NCBI GenBank assembly: GCA_000320545.1
Contig: ADNK01001083.1
Span: 1 to 64,000 of the forward strand
Direction: 5' to 3'
Source of the DNA: Bigelowiella natans CCMP2755
Taxonomy: Eukaryota > Protista > Cercozoa
Length of the DNA: 64,000 nt
A program made the translations under genes and the position numbers. Shown here in pieces: positions 1 to 14,601 of the stretch. Positions within the stretch are counted from its first letter, which is position 1, and each line of letters opens with the position of its first letter. The notes below the pieces were generated by a model. The model had not been told where the DNA came from, ran no database searches, and saw nothing but the letters and a program-made list of their open reading frames with translations.

Positions 1-56
1 AAATTTTTTTTTTTAAAAAAACCCTTTTTGGTTTTCCCCCCCTGGGGGGGGGAATA

Positions 57-296
57 CACCTCCTTGCTTGGAGTTCCAGAATCGTCCTTCTTCTCCATGC
101 TATTAGAGGCGAGGAGATGAGCTTCCATAGTATCTTCTGATTTCCACCGTCCTATAGCCTGACTATTCCTGCAGTATTATTATTATTATTGTTATTAGTA
201 TTTTATCAGACAATGTGAGAAGGAGGAGGATGAGGAGGATACAGTGCCAACAAATGGTAATCGTAGTTACTATCTATATTCCCTCCCCCCCCTCCC

Positions 297-341
<45 letters not shown>

Positions 342-920
342 TCACCAACGCTCTGGTGGAACGAATACATGTTTAAGTAGCATACCCTATCGAAAATATC
401 CCTCTCGCTTGCCCATTCTGCTCGGATAGATAACGACGGTATTCTGCACGCTGCTGTTGGCGCTGCTCTACCAGTGTCAGGTTTTGAGGGCTGCTCGATG
501 AGGGAGGGGTAGCAGCACCCATCGAGTCGTCCATTTCGGGGTTCAACGAATATCTTTTACAACAGCACAGATAACGCCAAAGACATTAATCGATATACGC
601 TACTGAATATTACTAATGAGGAGGGGGGGGGGCAAGGAAGGCGACGTTTCAAGTGTATCTATACCAAAGATTGTACGCTTTTGTCTCAAATCTCGGTACT
701 AATTCTGGCTGAGGTTGGATTCCCTCAAGGGTAACTACCTACCTACCTACCTTCTCGACGCATCAGCCAACTGTTGTATCTTAGCGATCTGGGCCTCGCA
801 TGCCACCAATATTCTCTGTTACGAGCAGCAGGTAAGAAGGAGACCAAGGTGTTTTATGATCAAAGACGAATTCGATACGATGATTTTGACCACGGACGCA
901 TAGCTTTTACTACATATGTG

Positions 921-965
<45 letters not shown>

Positions 966-2003
966 ATATAAAAAACACACGTAGTAGATTTCACTCGCTT
1001 TATATGTAGGGCAATGTTTTCAAGAACACCCCCCCTCCCCCCCCACCTAATTACTTTCTTATACTTCCTAAATTACTTACCACGGAGCGATAAGCGAAAG
1101 CCGCCGTCAATATCCAACAAAACTGAGATTGAGTGTGATTTGGTTGGGGGGGGGTTGATAGATTTACTTTACGGCACTGACCAGCTCATGTAATCGTTGA
1201 AGTATAAAGATAATAATGAATGCTACAAATTATTAAATTCACTACTACATAATAAAACATTAGAGGAGACGTCGCTTCAAGCTGCTGTGTAACATCTCAT
1301 CTCATTACTAACGATTGCTATGTTGTCGCCAACTACTAAATCCACTACCAAGAGGGGTAAGTATACGGTTATCACCCTCGCGACAGGGAACCTAACAAGG
1401 AGCATTTAGAGCATGTATACTACTCAACCACATCGCCTCCAAAAATGCAGCAAAGAAACAGAATGCGACAACATAGAAAACAGAATTCTGATTCTTAGTG
1501 TATAGAAGGGAGGGGGGATAATGATGTTCATTCCTCGTTACGTGTATGAATCTGTGCGCTAATACCAAAACGCGCAACTATGTGTGTGTGTGTGTGTGTG
1601 TTTACAAAACACTACCGATAAGGTATGAAGCACCAATTCGTTTCTTCTGAATGCTCGCTCTGGTGATAAATAACACGCACACACACCCAAGCAAACATAC
1701 TTAATCCCAACGATCACGCACAGTAATTATCACTAACACACGAGGCAAGCCAAGATGGAACTTGATAAAATAAAAACTGTGAGAATACAGCGACATCTTC
1801 ATAAATTGGGGCCAATATTATTTCAAACACAACTGCCCCCGTCACTGCTCGCACTACATCTGCTACTACTGCTGCTGCTGCTGCTACTACTATAGACTCC
1901 GGCCAACGCAGCCATGAGATCAAGCAAGCTACCAGAGGATACCTAACATTGCGGGTAAGTAACACCTTTTACGCACTTTAATGTGTGAGCGCGCGCGCGC
2001 GCG

Positions 2004-2049
<46 letters not shown>

Positions 2050-3161
2050 CAGATAGAGAGGGATGATCACATCATATCAAATCACACCACACCATATCAT
2101 GTTTCTACTACCCAATGGCAAGGAGGCTGAATGCTATCGGATGCCAATACTTGACAGAATTCTTCGGTTTTCCTTGGCTGGTTTTATGCGCCCCAAGGAG
2201 CATTTGCAGCACGCTATATGCTATGCAGGCCCTAACAACAACAACAACAACATCCATTCGTAAGGAAAGATAAAGGAAAACCAACCCAACTCTCCTTCCT
2301 TGCTATCGGATTCTGTTTGACTTTCTTCTTTTTCCACTACTTTTGCTGTTCTTCTTCTTCTTCTTCTTCTTCTTCTTCTTCCTTCTGCTTATTACGTCAT
2401 TATGAATTCGGAGTTCGCTGCGACGATCCCCCACACGGTGAAAGGCCGACAATCAGAAGGAATAGAACTGAGGTGATTCATTCAAGGAGCAATGAAAAGG
2501 TGACGGGGAGAGAGAGAGAATGGGAAATGGGCATGATGCATAATAACAAGTATGTGCTGCTGTCAGTACGGAGGAAAGGCGACAAGGACAACGACGAGTT
2601 TCTCGAACGATCGGCGATATGCGCCACTTCCAAATTAATTTTGATTATAATGAGAATTACCATTACTACTTCAAATGGTACTATTTTTGTTACATTATTG
2701 GAGGTGGTGATATATATGATATACCTGCTGCTGGCGACGAAAAAACAGCCTTGCATTATATCACACTGCATGCCATAGGTTGTGAACGTAAGTAGTGAAC
2801 AATACAACAACAACAAATGCAAGCATTATCTAATCATGGGAATGGGTGATGCAAAATTTGTTTGGATATGTGTGTGGTGGTGATGGTGCTGCTACCACGG
2901 AGAGCATGCATATCAACAAACGAGACCGGGACCTATCAAAGTGAGAAAGTCGTTATTTACCTACTGAAATACCCCACTGCATGCACTCTGAGCGTAGATT
3001 CGGTGAGACTTAATCATGCATTTGCTACTACTAAACATATCTTATTTTGGGTGACATTCGAGGTGAATTTCAGCCTTTTGTACCGTACCCACGAAAGGGA
3101 TAATTTTCGTAGCACATCCATTTCAACAACAGGTTTTTACACAAAATAAGAGGCGAGTCAT

Positions 3162-3197
<36 letters not shown>

Positions 3198-3666
3198 ACG
3201 TACATACACACACATAGACGATAACACAATTTTCCGCAGCAAATATGCGGAATGCTTCGTTAAGAATCGTCGGAAATAAGGTAGAAATCGACTATGTTGC
3301 GTGTGAGTCGAGTGTGAGTGTAAGTTGAGAGATGGGTGCGGCTGGCTGACCGGAATTTCTTAAATAATATTGATGTGGCTAGAACGACTAGACCCCCAAA
3401 CACCTAAGTATGCGGCTTTTTAGTCTCTAAGATTGATGTTTCAAGGACATTCATTCGTTCTGTAATATGATCCATCGATGAATTGCAACGTGTTCATAAA
3501 AAAACAGAGACGAAGAAGCTTTCGCCCGTACCCCGGATATTTTCATCCGTTAATCAATGAACGATGAGGAAATTTTTCACTGATGACCCTAATCCCCCCT
3601 CACCGAGAACCCCCCCATGACGGAGGAGACGATCCGGGCAGCGAGGAAGATTTCCCCGTTCACCAT
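57..3666 (-). CDS. Multi-exon hypothetical membrane protein, 3' end runs off the window
   Basis: GT-AG bounded open exons on the minus strand, e.g. ACIAYSVLQMLLGAHK...YWHPIAFSLLAI (~2115-2230), VTGAVVFEIILAPIYEDVAVFSQFLFYQVPSWLASC (~1740-1845), YSLNPEMDDSMG...QRAEYRRYLSEQ (~385-553), NSQAIGRWKSEDTMEAHLL (~60-168). Start ATG at 3666 is tentative. Confidence 0.45.
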
Positions 3667-4585
3667 TTTTCGGATGTGGGCCCTTTGTCTTGAATCAAGG
3701 GCAAAGTTATTCTACGACAATGAAATATGGATTTTTCCTTGAGACTGCGCGTGTGGGAGATGTGAGTGGGATTACACTTATTATTCTGTGCGATAATTTT
3801 CGACTCTTCAGTAGAATCCGCTAGATTTTACACCGAACGACACAAATAGAGTGCTATGCTCTTTTTTCTCATGAAAACCGTTGTCCAAAGCTTGCCTTTG
3901 TGAAATGTGTTTCCTTTCTTTCTTCTACTTTTCTGGAATTTTCCTTCCAAACGGCGTTGAGACAACAAGATTAAAATCCCAATTCTGCCGACGACATGCA
4001 TAAAGTGTGCACAAATGGAAGAAATACGGACTCCAAGAGAAGCCATTCGGTTGCGTTCTCTCTGCATCGCACCACCACAGATTCTTCTCGTGCTGGTATC
4101 TGCCGCCAAATTTGAAATGTAGTTCTTTTTATAGGAAGCGACATTCCCTTCGTTGGTTTTCCTCAGTACAAAGTGGGCAGGTGTAGCCATCTAAGTAATT
4201 ATTCTGATTGAGTATTATCGACTTTTTGGATCATCTGTATCAGTCTTCATTACAAAAATGGTCGTAACTTAGTACATTTGTATTTTAAAATAAGAGACAT
4301 AATTATCTTAGACGTAGAATTCATTGAAAAGGATTCCCGCATTTGCAAAAGACCATTGCTAGAATCTCAAATTCGGAATTTTTAACGCTCGCTTTTCATA
4401 CTTTGCGACTATAAATAATTATGAATCATGCTTAGAAATCGCGTGAAAAATCTCCGATCTTTCTTTCTCCTAAGCCTTAAAATTTGTCTCATAAATCAGG
4501 CTTCCGAAAGAGGTTGCCCACCCCCTTCAACCCCCCTCTGGCATCGATTTATAGTGAGATTGATCTACCTGCTTAGTCACCAACA

Positions 4586-6019
4586 ATGGATATCAGTCAC
4601 ATCTACACCAGGATTGAGGAGAAAAGGAGGATAAGAATGTCAACGCTTACGTTCGCGGGGGTTGCGGTACGAAACGCGAACTTTCTGCACCGGTTCTGAA
4701 ACAAAGCCTCATCCAATGTATTTGTCCACACCCGCTTTCAGGCAATTTTACTGGTTTTATTCATTACTTCAAAGGGTGAGTAAGCGTACGAAACAGCTTT
4801 TGCGCAATATGTTAAGAAAGATTCTATCAGGTTCGTTCGTCGCTACAAGAGACATCGCAATGAGGGGACCACAGAATCAAAGGGCCAACCAATTTTCTGC
4901 AAAATGTTCACTACCGCGCAGGGTGCAGTTTTCGAGGGTATGTAGTGAATTCTACACGAATTGGATGTATCTAAGCTCTCTTTGAGGGGGGGGGGAGGGG
5001 GGGTTAGGAGGGGGTTATTTAGAATTCTTGGCACAACGAGCACTAATTTGGTTTTATAAACATTATGGCTGTTATTGTAATAATAGACGGCGGCACGAGT
5101 TACTGAAACATCAAGGGAACCATGGCAGCGCATTGCCGACAAGCTAATTGACAGTAATTCTGATCTCCCCATCCATCTAATAAAAACGTAAAGTGCTGCT
5201 TTACTGAAGAAACATAATATTAGTCGACGCAACGAACGACGAAAGGATTGCAGCGGTAAAAACATTCATCAAGGGAGGAGGCAACAACAGCTTTCATTCA
5301 TCCCCTCTTCCCCATTCCTCCGCAACACTGGTTTCTGAAGATAGGACGTACATTACCAATTCTGAATACGTCATCATGTTTTGAATGTTCGCTAAAATGA
5401 CTTGTAACTAAAGGTGCGGAACTTGTTAGAAAGAAGGGAGGACGTGCAGAAGGATCTTACGGATGCTGCACAGGCTATTGTAAGGGTACTGCATCGTCAT
5501 CAAAACAGACATGTAAACTGTGAGATTGATACTGTTATTACTCATTGATATTAATGTGTTCTCCTCCTCCTCCTCCTCCTCCTCCTCCTCCTCCTCCCGC
5601 CATAGGATCGCAATGTAGAAACTGCTAAGGATATCCTTTATCCAACGGGCACAGAGGCTCGTAAGCAAATTGGTAAGTAATAGTCATAGTAGTATTAGTA
5701 TTAGTAATAGTATTCTAAGATAGAGAAAACGCTCGATTACTACCTGGTGCTTCTTTTCCCTCTCCAGCGTGTATCTTTGAAATTGTTAAGCTTAAATAGT
5801 ATAATATCGAGTATTTTCCACATGAAACTACTGCCTAGAGAGGGAATATTTTGTCCATTCATTATTCGACGTAAGTGATTTCTCTTGCATTTCTTAAAGG
5901 CCGATAACACGCATCATTATCTGGTTGAAAATAATTTTAACAGATGGTTTCGAAGTCGTTCTACGACAGCTCCAAGAGGACATAGTGCCAGAATTGAACC
6001 AGTACAGCCGCACGCAAGG

Positions 6020-6060
<41 letters not shown>

Positions 6061-6325
6061 ACATTTGTAAGAGCTGTTAGCTGCCTGAATCTCGTAAATT
6101 GAACGGAGGGAGAGCACACATTAGTCTAAAAAACACCCTTCGAATTGAGAGGAATGCTGCCATAATAGATAGGCAGCAGTCACAACAGTTGAAAGTGGGG
6201 TAGTATACGTAGTTGTTTATGTTCTTCTTCTTCTATACTCAGGCAACGCAACTCTTGCCTCTCTCCGCAGCACTTTGTCGAATCCCCAAGCAATTGCGAA
6301 AAGCCTTCAGACAACGCCGAACGTA

Positions 6326-6371
<46 letters not shown>

Positions 6372-6555
6372 TGCATGCATTAGATGTGCATGTAGATGCA
6401 TAGATGATATTTGCTCGGCTGAATGTAAAAAGTGGACCAAGCAACTAGCATGTTTTCCCCTTGTTTCGCGTAGCCAATGAGCGCGCAATTTGGGCTTGTT
6501 ACCAACACACATGAGTATCGGTTTTTTGGTTGTATTCTCATTTGCATGTGCGCGC

Positions 6556-6595
<40 letters not shown>

Positions 6596-7563
6596 GTGTG
6601 TCTACATAATAGGTGAATGCGACAGAAATCGTCAGCGAATTGAGAGCAGAGTTTACCGAGCTACAAAAGCACCCTGAGGAGATCCAGAAGGTGACTGACG
6701 ATGAGAAAGACACGTTTAATACGATAACTATGCCATGTAGCAGCAGCGTTTGAGATCTTCTTCCAACCAGCCGTTTGTTCAGATGATTTATGCACGACTA
6801 TACATCCACCAGCACCATTTTTTTGGTGTTTTTGCACGTCTTTTTTCCGAAGCAAAGTGGCGTCTCTCTGACTGGCGATTACTGATGAAAATTCCATAAT
6901 TAATCAGAGGTTGATGTCCTACGTCGAGGAGTCCAAGAACGTGTTTCGGAGGACCCCCGTAGGATTGGAAATGCCAAGCTACAAGGTAGGTTAGAGAATA
7001 ATGAGGGGGTAAACAAACATCATGTGCCTAAAATACGCAGGTGCGCGCAGAGTTGTGTCTTTGTCGTTGGCATCAACCTTCATGCTGTATGATACGTGCG
7101 CAGGTGATATCTACTGCGAAGGACTACGAAGTTAGAGAATGTACGTTACAGAAGCCATGCCATTCATCATATGTTATATTTCTCACTGATCATTTCATGG
7201 GGCGAGGGGGGGTGGTCGTGGGAAGTGTGTGGAATCTAAACACAGAACACAGGGGCATGTATTTACAAAAAACGACGCTCATTCGATGATAACAATGACG
7301 ATGATAACGAGGATGATAATGATGGTGACAATGATGATTCTTAGATGAGCCGTACAGCATCATCGCAACGCCTACCCGGAAACAAGCTGTTTCTCCAAAT
7401 AACCCTGCTGCTACGGTGAGAGAATCGTACCGATTATTCATCGCAGAACAAACAAAAAGCAACCACCCAGCTACGGATGATCAGTAGGCAGATAGATATA
7501 TCACTGCACTCCTCCATCCTTCAACCTCCTTCTTACGATGATATATTTATATACATATATTTT

Positions 7564-7604
<41 letters not shown>

Positions 7605-8266
7605 ATGGTCCATCACGTGATCAGACAACTGCAAATGCGAAGGCGTTCAATACGCTTGCCAGTTATCTATTCGGGAAGAATGAGGGCAATAAGGTTAGAT
7701 ATCGAGCCGTTCATCGTCATCGTCAATCTTTATCCAAGAGGGAGAGGGGGGGGGGGGGAGGGAAGCGCGACAGAAACGACTACAGGGAACAACAGCGGCG
7801 CACTTTTAACCGCCAAATATTATCATCACTATTATTGTTGTATTTGAAAGAATGTCCTCCTCTTCCCCCTCCTCCTCCTCCTTTTGTTTGTCTTTTTCTT
7901 TAATATAGGCCATGGCGATGACGGCCCCCGTCGAAATGATCGGTATCCTTCAATGAACATCTGCATATATATATATATATATATATATATAGATACAATA
8001 CACACACATGTATATATATATATATATATATACACTACTTGTAGCCATGAGATTGATGTAACGCATGATGGCATACGGCTATTCGATATTCGTATTGTGA
8101 GAGATACATTAGAAGTAGGCCACAAATTCACTCACTGCGATGCGAAGGGGGGGGGAGGGAGGGTTTCACTCTACCCTTACTCGCGGTTACATTGAGTTCT
8201 TCTGCTCCGATTAAATCATTGCATCTTCCTACGCAGTGTTCTTGCCAGCCATTGACATTCGTATAC

Positions 8267-8302
<36 letters not shown>

Positions 8303-8818
8303 CGATACAATCCATATTCCACAGCTGATGGACAAGGCAGTAAAACCATGGCGTTTATCCTCCCTAACGAAGTCTCAGAATCCGCGCCATCACCGGTAGC
8401 AAACTAGCAGAATCAAGATGAGAAAAAGACAGCAGCATGTTAATACATATTAAAGAAGAGAGCAGATCTCGGCGCACTTGTCCTATAAAATACAGAGCTT
8501 TTTGTTCCCTTTGCTAACTGCCACTCTAACAGAAACGTATAGCAAAGATCACCATCACCACCACCACCACCACCACCACCATCATTGAACATTCCCCACC
8601 ATACCTGGACACAACAAACCTCATGCGGATAATAATATTCAGTCCAAAGGCGACGAGATCTCCATTCAGCGACTGCCCGCACAAACGGTGGCTGTGCTCG
8701 AGTTCCCCGGATTCGCAACCGAGAAGGAGATCAAGGCCCAAAAGGAAAAACTGCTTTCTTCCCTGCAAACGGACGGGCGATTTACGCCGATTGATGATAC
8801 AGGTGAGTAGTAGTAGTC

Positions 8819-8851
<33 letters not shown>

Positions 8852-9158
8852 AGAATAGTAATAGTAGTTTGAGGAGGAGGAGGAGGAAGAGGAGGAGGGA
8901 GATTTCTTCCTGCAGATTGGCGGACATTGTCGTTGTTGTTGTCGTTGTCGTTGTCGTTATCGTTTGTTGTGGTGGTGAATGGTTCGTGGTATGCTCACGG
9001 ATTACATGCACAACAACTACCGCACAGATTCATTCCGAGTTCTCCAGTGGAATCCTCCGTACACGCTGCCCTGGCTGCGAAGAAATGAGATTTGTATCAA
9101 AGTCAAGGAAGTGGAGTCTGCTGCTGGAAGTAACGTAGTTCTAGATGCTGTGGAATGA
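4586..9158 (+). CDS. SOUL heme-binding family protein with bipartite (plastid-type) leader
   Basis: Spliced exons give GLEMPSYK/VISTAKDYEVREY, AFNTLASYLFGKN, MAMTAPVEM, TMAFILP, VAVLEFPGFATE and LQWNPPYTLPWLRRNEI, the SOUL motifs in order. Stop TGA at 9156-9158. N-terminus MDISHIYTRIEEKRRIRMSTLTFAGVAAILLVLFITSK is followed by an R/S-rich stretch. Confidence 0.92.
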
Positions 9159-9869
9159 ATGAAGGCTGATTAAGCGACTTAAAAAGAAAGAGAACATCAA
9201 CGGTAGGCGAGGGTGATAGGAACCATTTGCCACGATGAGCTAGTCGCGCGCGCGCGTGTGTGTGTGTGTGTGTGCGTCTCTCTTGTGTGTATCGTATTGC
9301 ACGACGCCTGCTCATATCATCATATAATTACATTGTGTACAGCCAATCAAACAATGCGTAAATTTATCAAGCCGTATCCTCGCTTATGTTTGCTGTGTAT
9401 ATACCCACGTACATGACTCTGATGCGATGGTAAACGGCGCTGCGCTGCCTCCTCACGCTTGCCAGCCCTTATTTCGCAAACATCAACCGAATCCAATTAA
9501 CGTGCTGTGCGCCTAGCTGCCAATCATGATAACCTACTAGCCTATCTAGCTAGACGACTAGCTGATCTATAGTTGTGGCAGACTCATATCTGTCGGTGAT
9601 TTGTCTAGATGTTTCGATGTCTAGATGTGCACTGCTAAACTGCTGCGTGCTAGTAGCATGATGATGAACATTACATGCATCAGTGATGTCTAGATGTGCT
9701 GCCCCAAGCTGTATACATGCGCCGTCATTACATGCTAGTGCGCATCACGAATAGTTATGTAGTTATGTATACCTGCGTTTGTGTTGTAATTCATTTGATT
9801 GTTACACGTACGTCTTATTAGCTTGCAGCATGCGAATGGACCATTGTGCTCATTTCTTTTGTGATTTTT

Positions 9870-11522
9870 TCTACTTGGATATTGTCATATTTCTGCTTCG
9901 AATTCCAGCATCCTTCATTTTCTGCCATCCCACCGGCTGGCTGGTTTTCTCATGAATGTGTACCGATACCTCGCTCTTTCTGTCTCCTAAAGAATGTATA
10001 TTCTTGAGCTCGTTTAAGCATCATTCTGTTGTTCCTAGTGGAGATGTATCTTCGCATCCAGTATCCTTCATTTGGACTCTGCAGAGCGCATACATTTCAA
10101 TGTCACTGACTAAGAGGCCATTCAATATTCGCAAGTGTCAAGTAGAAAGTGCAGCCGTAAATCAAACGCTATTATTTGGAATTATATCCTCCTACTATTA
10201 TCTCTTGAGGTTTTAGCGATTGAAATAAAAATTGGCTCTTATTTCCGTTTTGGTGAAAACGAACAGCATCATTTATACAACATCGCATTGACTCGGGTGC
10301 ATTTACCGTTTGGCGTTTTCGATTCTTCCTCCTTCGTACCCGAAAACGAGCACCAGAATTTATATCCCTTCCGCAACACAATAATGCAGCATGCGTACAT
10401 GTAAGTTAGTGTCGTGCATTTGCTATGCTATCCAACGATATCTTTTAATCGCACAAAAACTGCTTATTTGCACGAAAAATGCTGAACATAGTCGTGAAGT
10501 GGCATAAACGGCACATTGCATTGCATGCGCTAGTATCACCTTTGATAGAACTCTTTCCAAATATGGTTTGATTTCCAAATATGGTTTCCAAGCTTGCATA
10601 CCCGGCCTGATTCCAGCGCTACTCCTTTACAAGGTACAATCAACAATCAGGGATGATGTGTGCTGATGAGGGAATGAGAATGACAAGATCAGCTTCAATG
10701 CTGCATCCTATCTTTACAAAGAGAAGCAACATGAAAGAGGCTTTGTAACAAAAAATCATCATACACTACTTCACTAAGAATTTCCAAAGAAGCAAAACGT
10801 CTATTGGATTCGACAAGGAATTTATCTGAGAATTGATTTATCATTTGCGAAATGAGAAGAAAGAAGCATATCTTTAAAACGGCGAGAATTCTACTGAAAA
10901 TTGCATTTAAATCCAACACAGTAACTAGGTTATATTTTTTGACCGAATCGTGCGAGCTCATAACCTTTCAGGTACCTAACAGTATATATAGTCGTAGATA
11001 TTTATGCGTAGAGCTTATAGGCAAAAGAATTTTGGCTTTGGAGAAAGTCTCATTTTGCTAGTTCTAGATGTAGAAACCTTGCAAAAACATATATTTTCCA
11101 AGCCTATGCTAATCTTAAAAATTATTTGTCGGAGAGTTTAGCATCATGCTTCTATTTGGTGAGATCTATTGCAAAATAGTTGGATCCACCGATGATGCAC
11201 AATGCCTATCTCCGGGAGGCTACAACCCAAGATAGTACAAGAATGCTAGGTATATTGATATTCAAACCAGGGTGCTATTTCAAATCGCACTAATGTGGCA
11301 CCAATACCGTTTATCACCTAAAGATTTGTGGAAGGAGCGAAGCGAACTCATACACGCTTGTCCGTGCTTGTCCTCGGCATAAGGAAGAATCCAAACTCAC
11401 AATGGTGGCGCTTTCGATTCCCTGTTTATTTTCTTCAAATGTTCCTGAGCTACCAGGGGACCCTTTCATCTCCGAAAGCTTCATTAAATGCATTCCTTCG
11501 ATAAGGCCGCCCTCATCATTGG

Positions 11523-11558
<36 letters not shown>

Positions 11559-12195
11559 TCGCTAGAATTCGGTAGGCGTTGTTGTTGTTGTTGTTGCTGC
11601 CGCTGTTCTCAAATAGGCCCGAAGACAATAAGGTATCAGCGTTAAACTCAACCGCAGTCCTCTCCTTCCCCGGAGCAGAAGATGATGGTGCTGTGAGGTG
11701 ATCTGTCGATAGGGATGGTACGGTGTCATCTTGATCACGATCGAATTTCTTCTCTTCTTTTTCTTCCACTTTTTCTTGCTCCTCTGCCAAGAACACAGAA
11801 TCTTCGTCGTCGCTATCTGCAATATCCATTCCCTGTAGAGAGAGTATGTAATAGCCGTGCCAATCGTCAGATCAAGTAGTGATATTCACGAAACAAAATT
11901 AAGAACAGAAGATGCTGCTCAGGCGTAGACAATCGTTAGTAAAAATGAATCGTCGCAGCTATGACTCTAGCAAAGGTTGAAAGTATAGCCTTCAGATTCC
12001 TAAACAGTATTTGGCCGCGAGTAGCATATATTCAGGCATGCATTGGGATAATTTCAAACGAAATGGAATAAAGTTTAAATGTTGTAGTTTTTGATGATTG
12101 GATTTACTGCTGCTAGTAATTCTTCCTTTCGGGCTGCCTTCAAATCGCGTTCATAGGCCTACCACAGAATATATATGTGTATGTGTTTTGTGCGT

Positions 12196-12243
<48 letters not shown>

Positions 12244-14100
12244 CGCTCCGTGAGTTTGATCTTCACAAAGATACCGATCTGAAATAGCGGCGACGCTAAC
12301 AAGAAAACATCTGTTACCTTCGTCAGCCGAGAAAGTAGCACTTTTTTCCAATCAACGTGATCTATTTTATTTATAACATGACGAACATGAGTTGTGTAAA
12401 ATCCACGCAATACTTGAAATGAGCTCGTAGTATGTACTTATAGTAATACAAATACTGCGTATGTCTTTTTATTTACATTCTCCACTAATCCAAGAGAGCT
12501 TCCACGGCTTCACAACATGTACGTATTGGACAAACACAATTTTTACCACCGGAGAACAAGATGACAGGAGAATCGAACACAATATAGCAGTGTCTCACAT
12601 TGAGATTAAACAATAAATAATCTTTTGGGGCAAAATATATAGAGCATATTCAAATGTAGCGATTCAAACACCATCAATAAAGCACGAAAGTGAGAACGTC
12701 AGTCATCGTTTACATAATAAAAGCCGCGCTTTGAGAATTGAGTACAATCTGACTGTGTAGCATGGGGTTCAGCTGACTAACAGCTGCTACCTCGTCATTA
12801 ATCACTGATTGCAGCAAATCTCCCAGAAGCTATTTAATCAGAAGAAAAAAATCAGCATAAAATAAGAGACATAAACGATGGAATACAATGTTACGTTGAA
12901 AGCTTATATCGTTAAAAGAAGTGAATGAGTACCGCAGGCCAAAGGTGTGCGGGAGGCCATCTGCTTCGACTAGCTCCCTTTCGTATGAATTTGTAGGATT
13001 GACGACAACGATGAAACAGCGAATGAATAGAAACCACATGGACTAGATCGAAATGGGAAAAAGATAAAAGGGTGCTGAAGATGAGCTGTTCATCTTGTTA
13101 TATTACTAACATCTTGACATTTAAAACAACATATCTAAAGTAGTTAGATATTCTCAGGAACATTTTAAGCAGAAAAGTGTTTTTAAAAAAACATATTGAT
13201 TCATTACCCAAAGACGTTTACAGTATTCTCTCAAGTCTTGACTTCGACGAAGTACCTACGGGGTACATTTCAAGGCCTTCATAATGCCGTTAAGTCAAAC
13301 TGGAGTGGAAAAATTCTATACGTGCATGGGAGGAGAGGATAAAATTAATAAACCTTCTGCATATCTTTTTCCGTGAACGATTTCTGTGAAATAATCGGCA
13401 TGAAGTATGAGTCTAATGAGAAGCAAACGACGGATTTGTTTATGATCAAGAACAAAGAACGAGTGATTTACAGGTTTAACAGCAGGAGCTGGGTTCTTAA
13501 TCTGAGTAGGCCTCTGACGACGACGTCTTCTCCGCGAATAAGAGCGCGCCTCTTCCCATTCTTCCTCCCCATCACTCTGCTCGGAAAACAACATCAATCA
13601 GCAGCCTACTTCTTGTCAGTGTTGTTCCCCTCACTGTGAAATTCTTCAATAAGAGATCCAAGGCTATAAACAAAGCTAGGCTTTCCTTCCCTGAAGTAAT
13701 TACCATGATGCATGGATTGTTGGCTTTGAATTTGGGAGGACGGTCGTGCACTTATGAGGCAGACGATTTACGTCAGATGTATCGAGCCAATTCCTTGTCG
13801 CAGATTCAAAGTCTCCTTAAATTGAAAGAAAACGTCACTTTTCTTGAATTTTGACAGCGAGCTCTCCGCGCTTTCTCGAGGAAGTTTCTTGGAAAACTCA
13901 GCGGATTTCAGGATTTCCTTCCGGAAGTGCAGTCGCAAGATACTCCTGGGAGATCCGTGGAGACATCCCGGAGATTTCCCAGATACATGTGTTATTTATT
14001 TCTTCGGCGATCATTAGGTACGGCCCAAATGCTCAAAGATCGGAGGGGCTCGGAGGCCAGGCACGGAATCCAGAATTCGAAACTGTTCTCAGGCAGGTGA
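9870..14100 (-). CDS. Multi-exon hypothetical protein with an acidic low-complexity region; ends approximate
   Basis: Large acidic exon in 11314-11833 (GMDIADSDDEDSVFLAEEQEK...). Further GT-AG exons: ARPSSQIQSQQSMHHGNYFREG (~13615-13750), DGEEEWEEARSYSRRRR (~13470-13575), AYERDLKAARKEELLAA (~12108-12158), SPNEGYWMRRYISTRNNRMMLKRAQEY (~9970-10078). No family recognised. Confidence 0.55.
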
Positions 14101-14601
14101 ATGCGAGCGTGGCGAGTATATCGATAAAATATCTAAGAAAAACTGCCCAAGTCCTCGCATTTTAACTTCGCATTCGCAACGGCAGGAGATTAATGGCGCT
14201 CGACGCGGAACCAGCAGGTGTGTGCAACATTGGCACTGGAAATTCGATGAGATCGTGTACTTGCTCAAGCGAATTATACTAGAACTGTACCACATCATTC
14301 AAATCCGGCAATGGCTAAGAGGATGAGGGTATCATGCTCTTAGCCATCCTGCAATTTCTGTGTGTGGTATGGTGAGAAACTTGAAGACGTAACCCCCATA
14401 CCTACCCTGCTTCTGCAGAGCAAAGGGGTTTGGATTTCTATGACTTGCTGGCCACAGCAGCCTGAATTCAATACACACCGAATACGGCTATCAAAATAAG
14501 TGCATCAGAAGATTCTCTTTCTTGCATCTTTTTCCACACCTTTACGTGAGTTGCCATGTCCTCAAGGTCCACTGGATCGACGCAGCCATTCCGAGACAAC
14601 C

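Noticed and set aside
1-55. Homopolymer-only start (A/T/C/G runs)
   Set aside because: Looks like a low-quality read or contig end; not a telomere or other biological repeat.
3828-4190. 120-aa minus-strand ORF between divergent genes
   Set aside because: No motif or splice support; cannot tell it from chance or an old repeat remnant.
13373-14165. Chain of three + strand ORFs resembling an intronless operon
   Set aside because: Better explained as antisense to the spliced minus-strand gene; no domain recognised.
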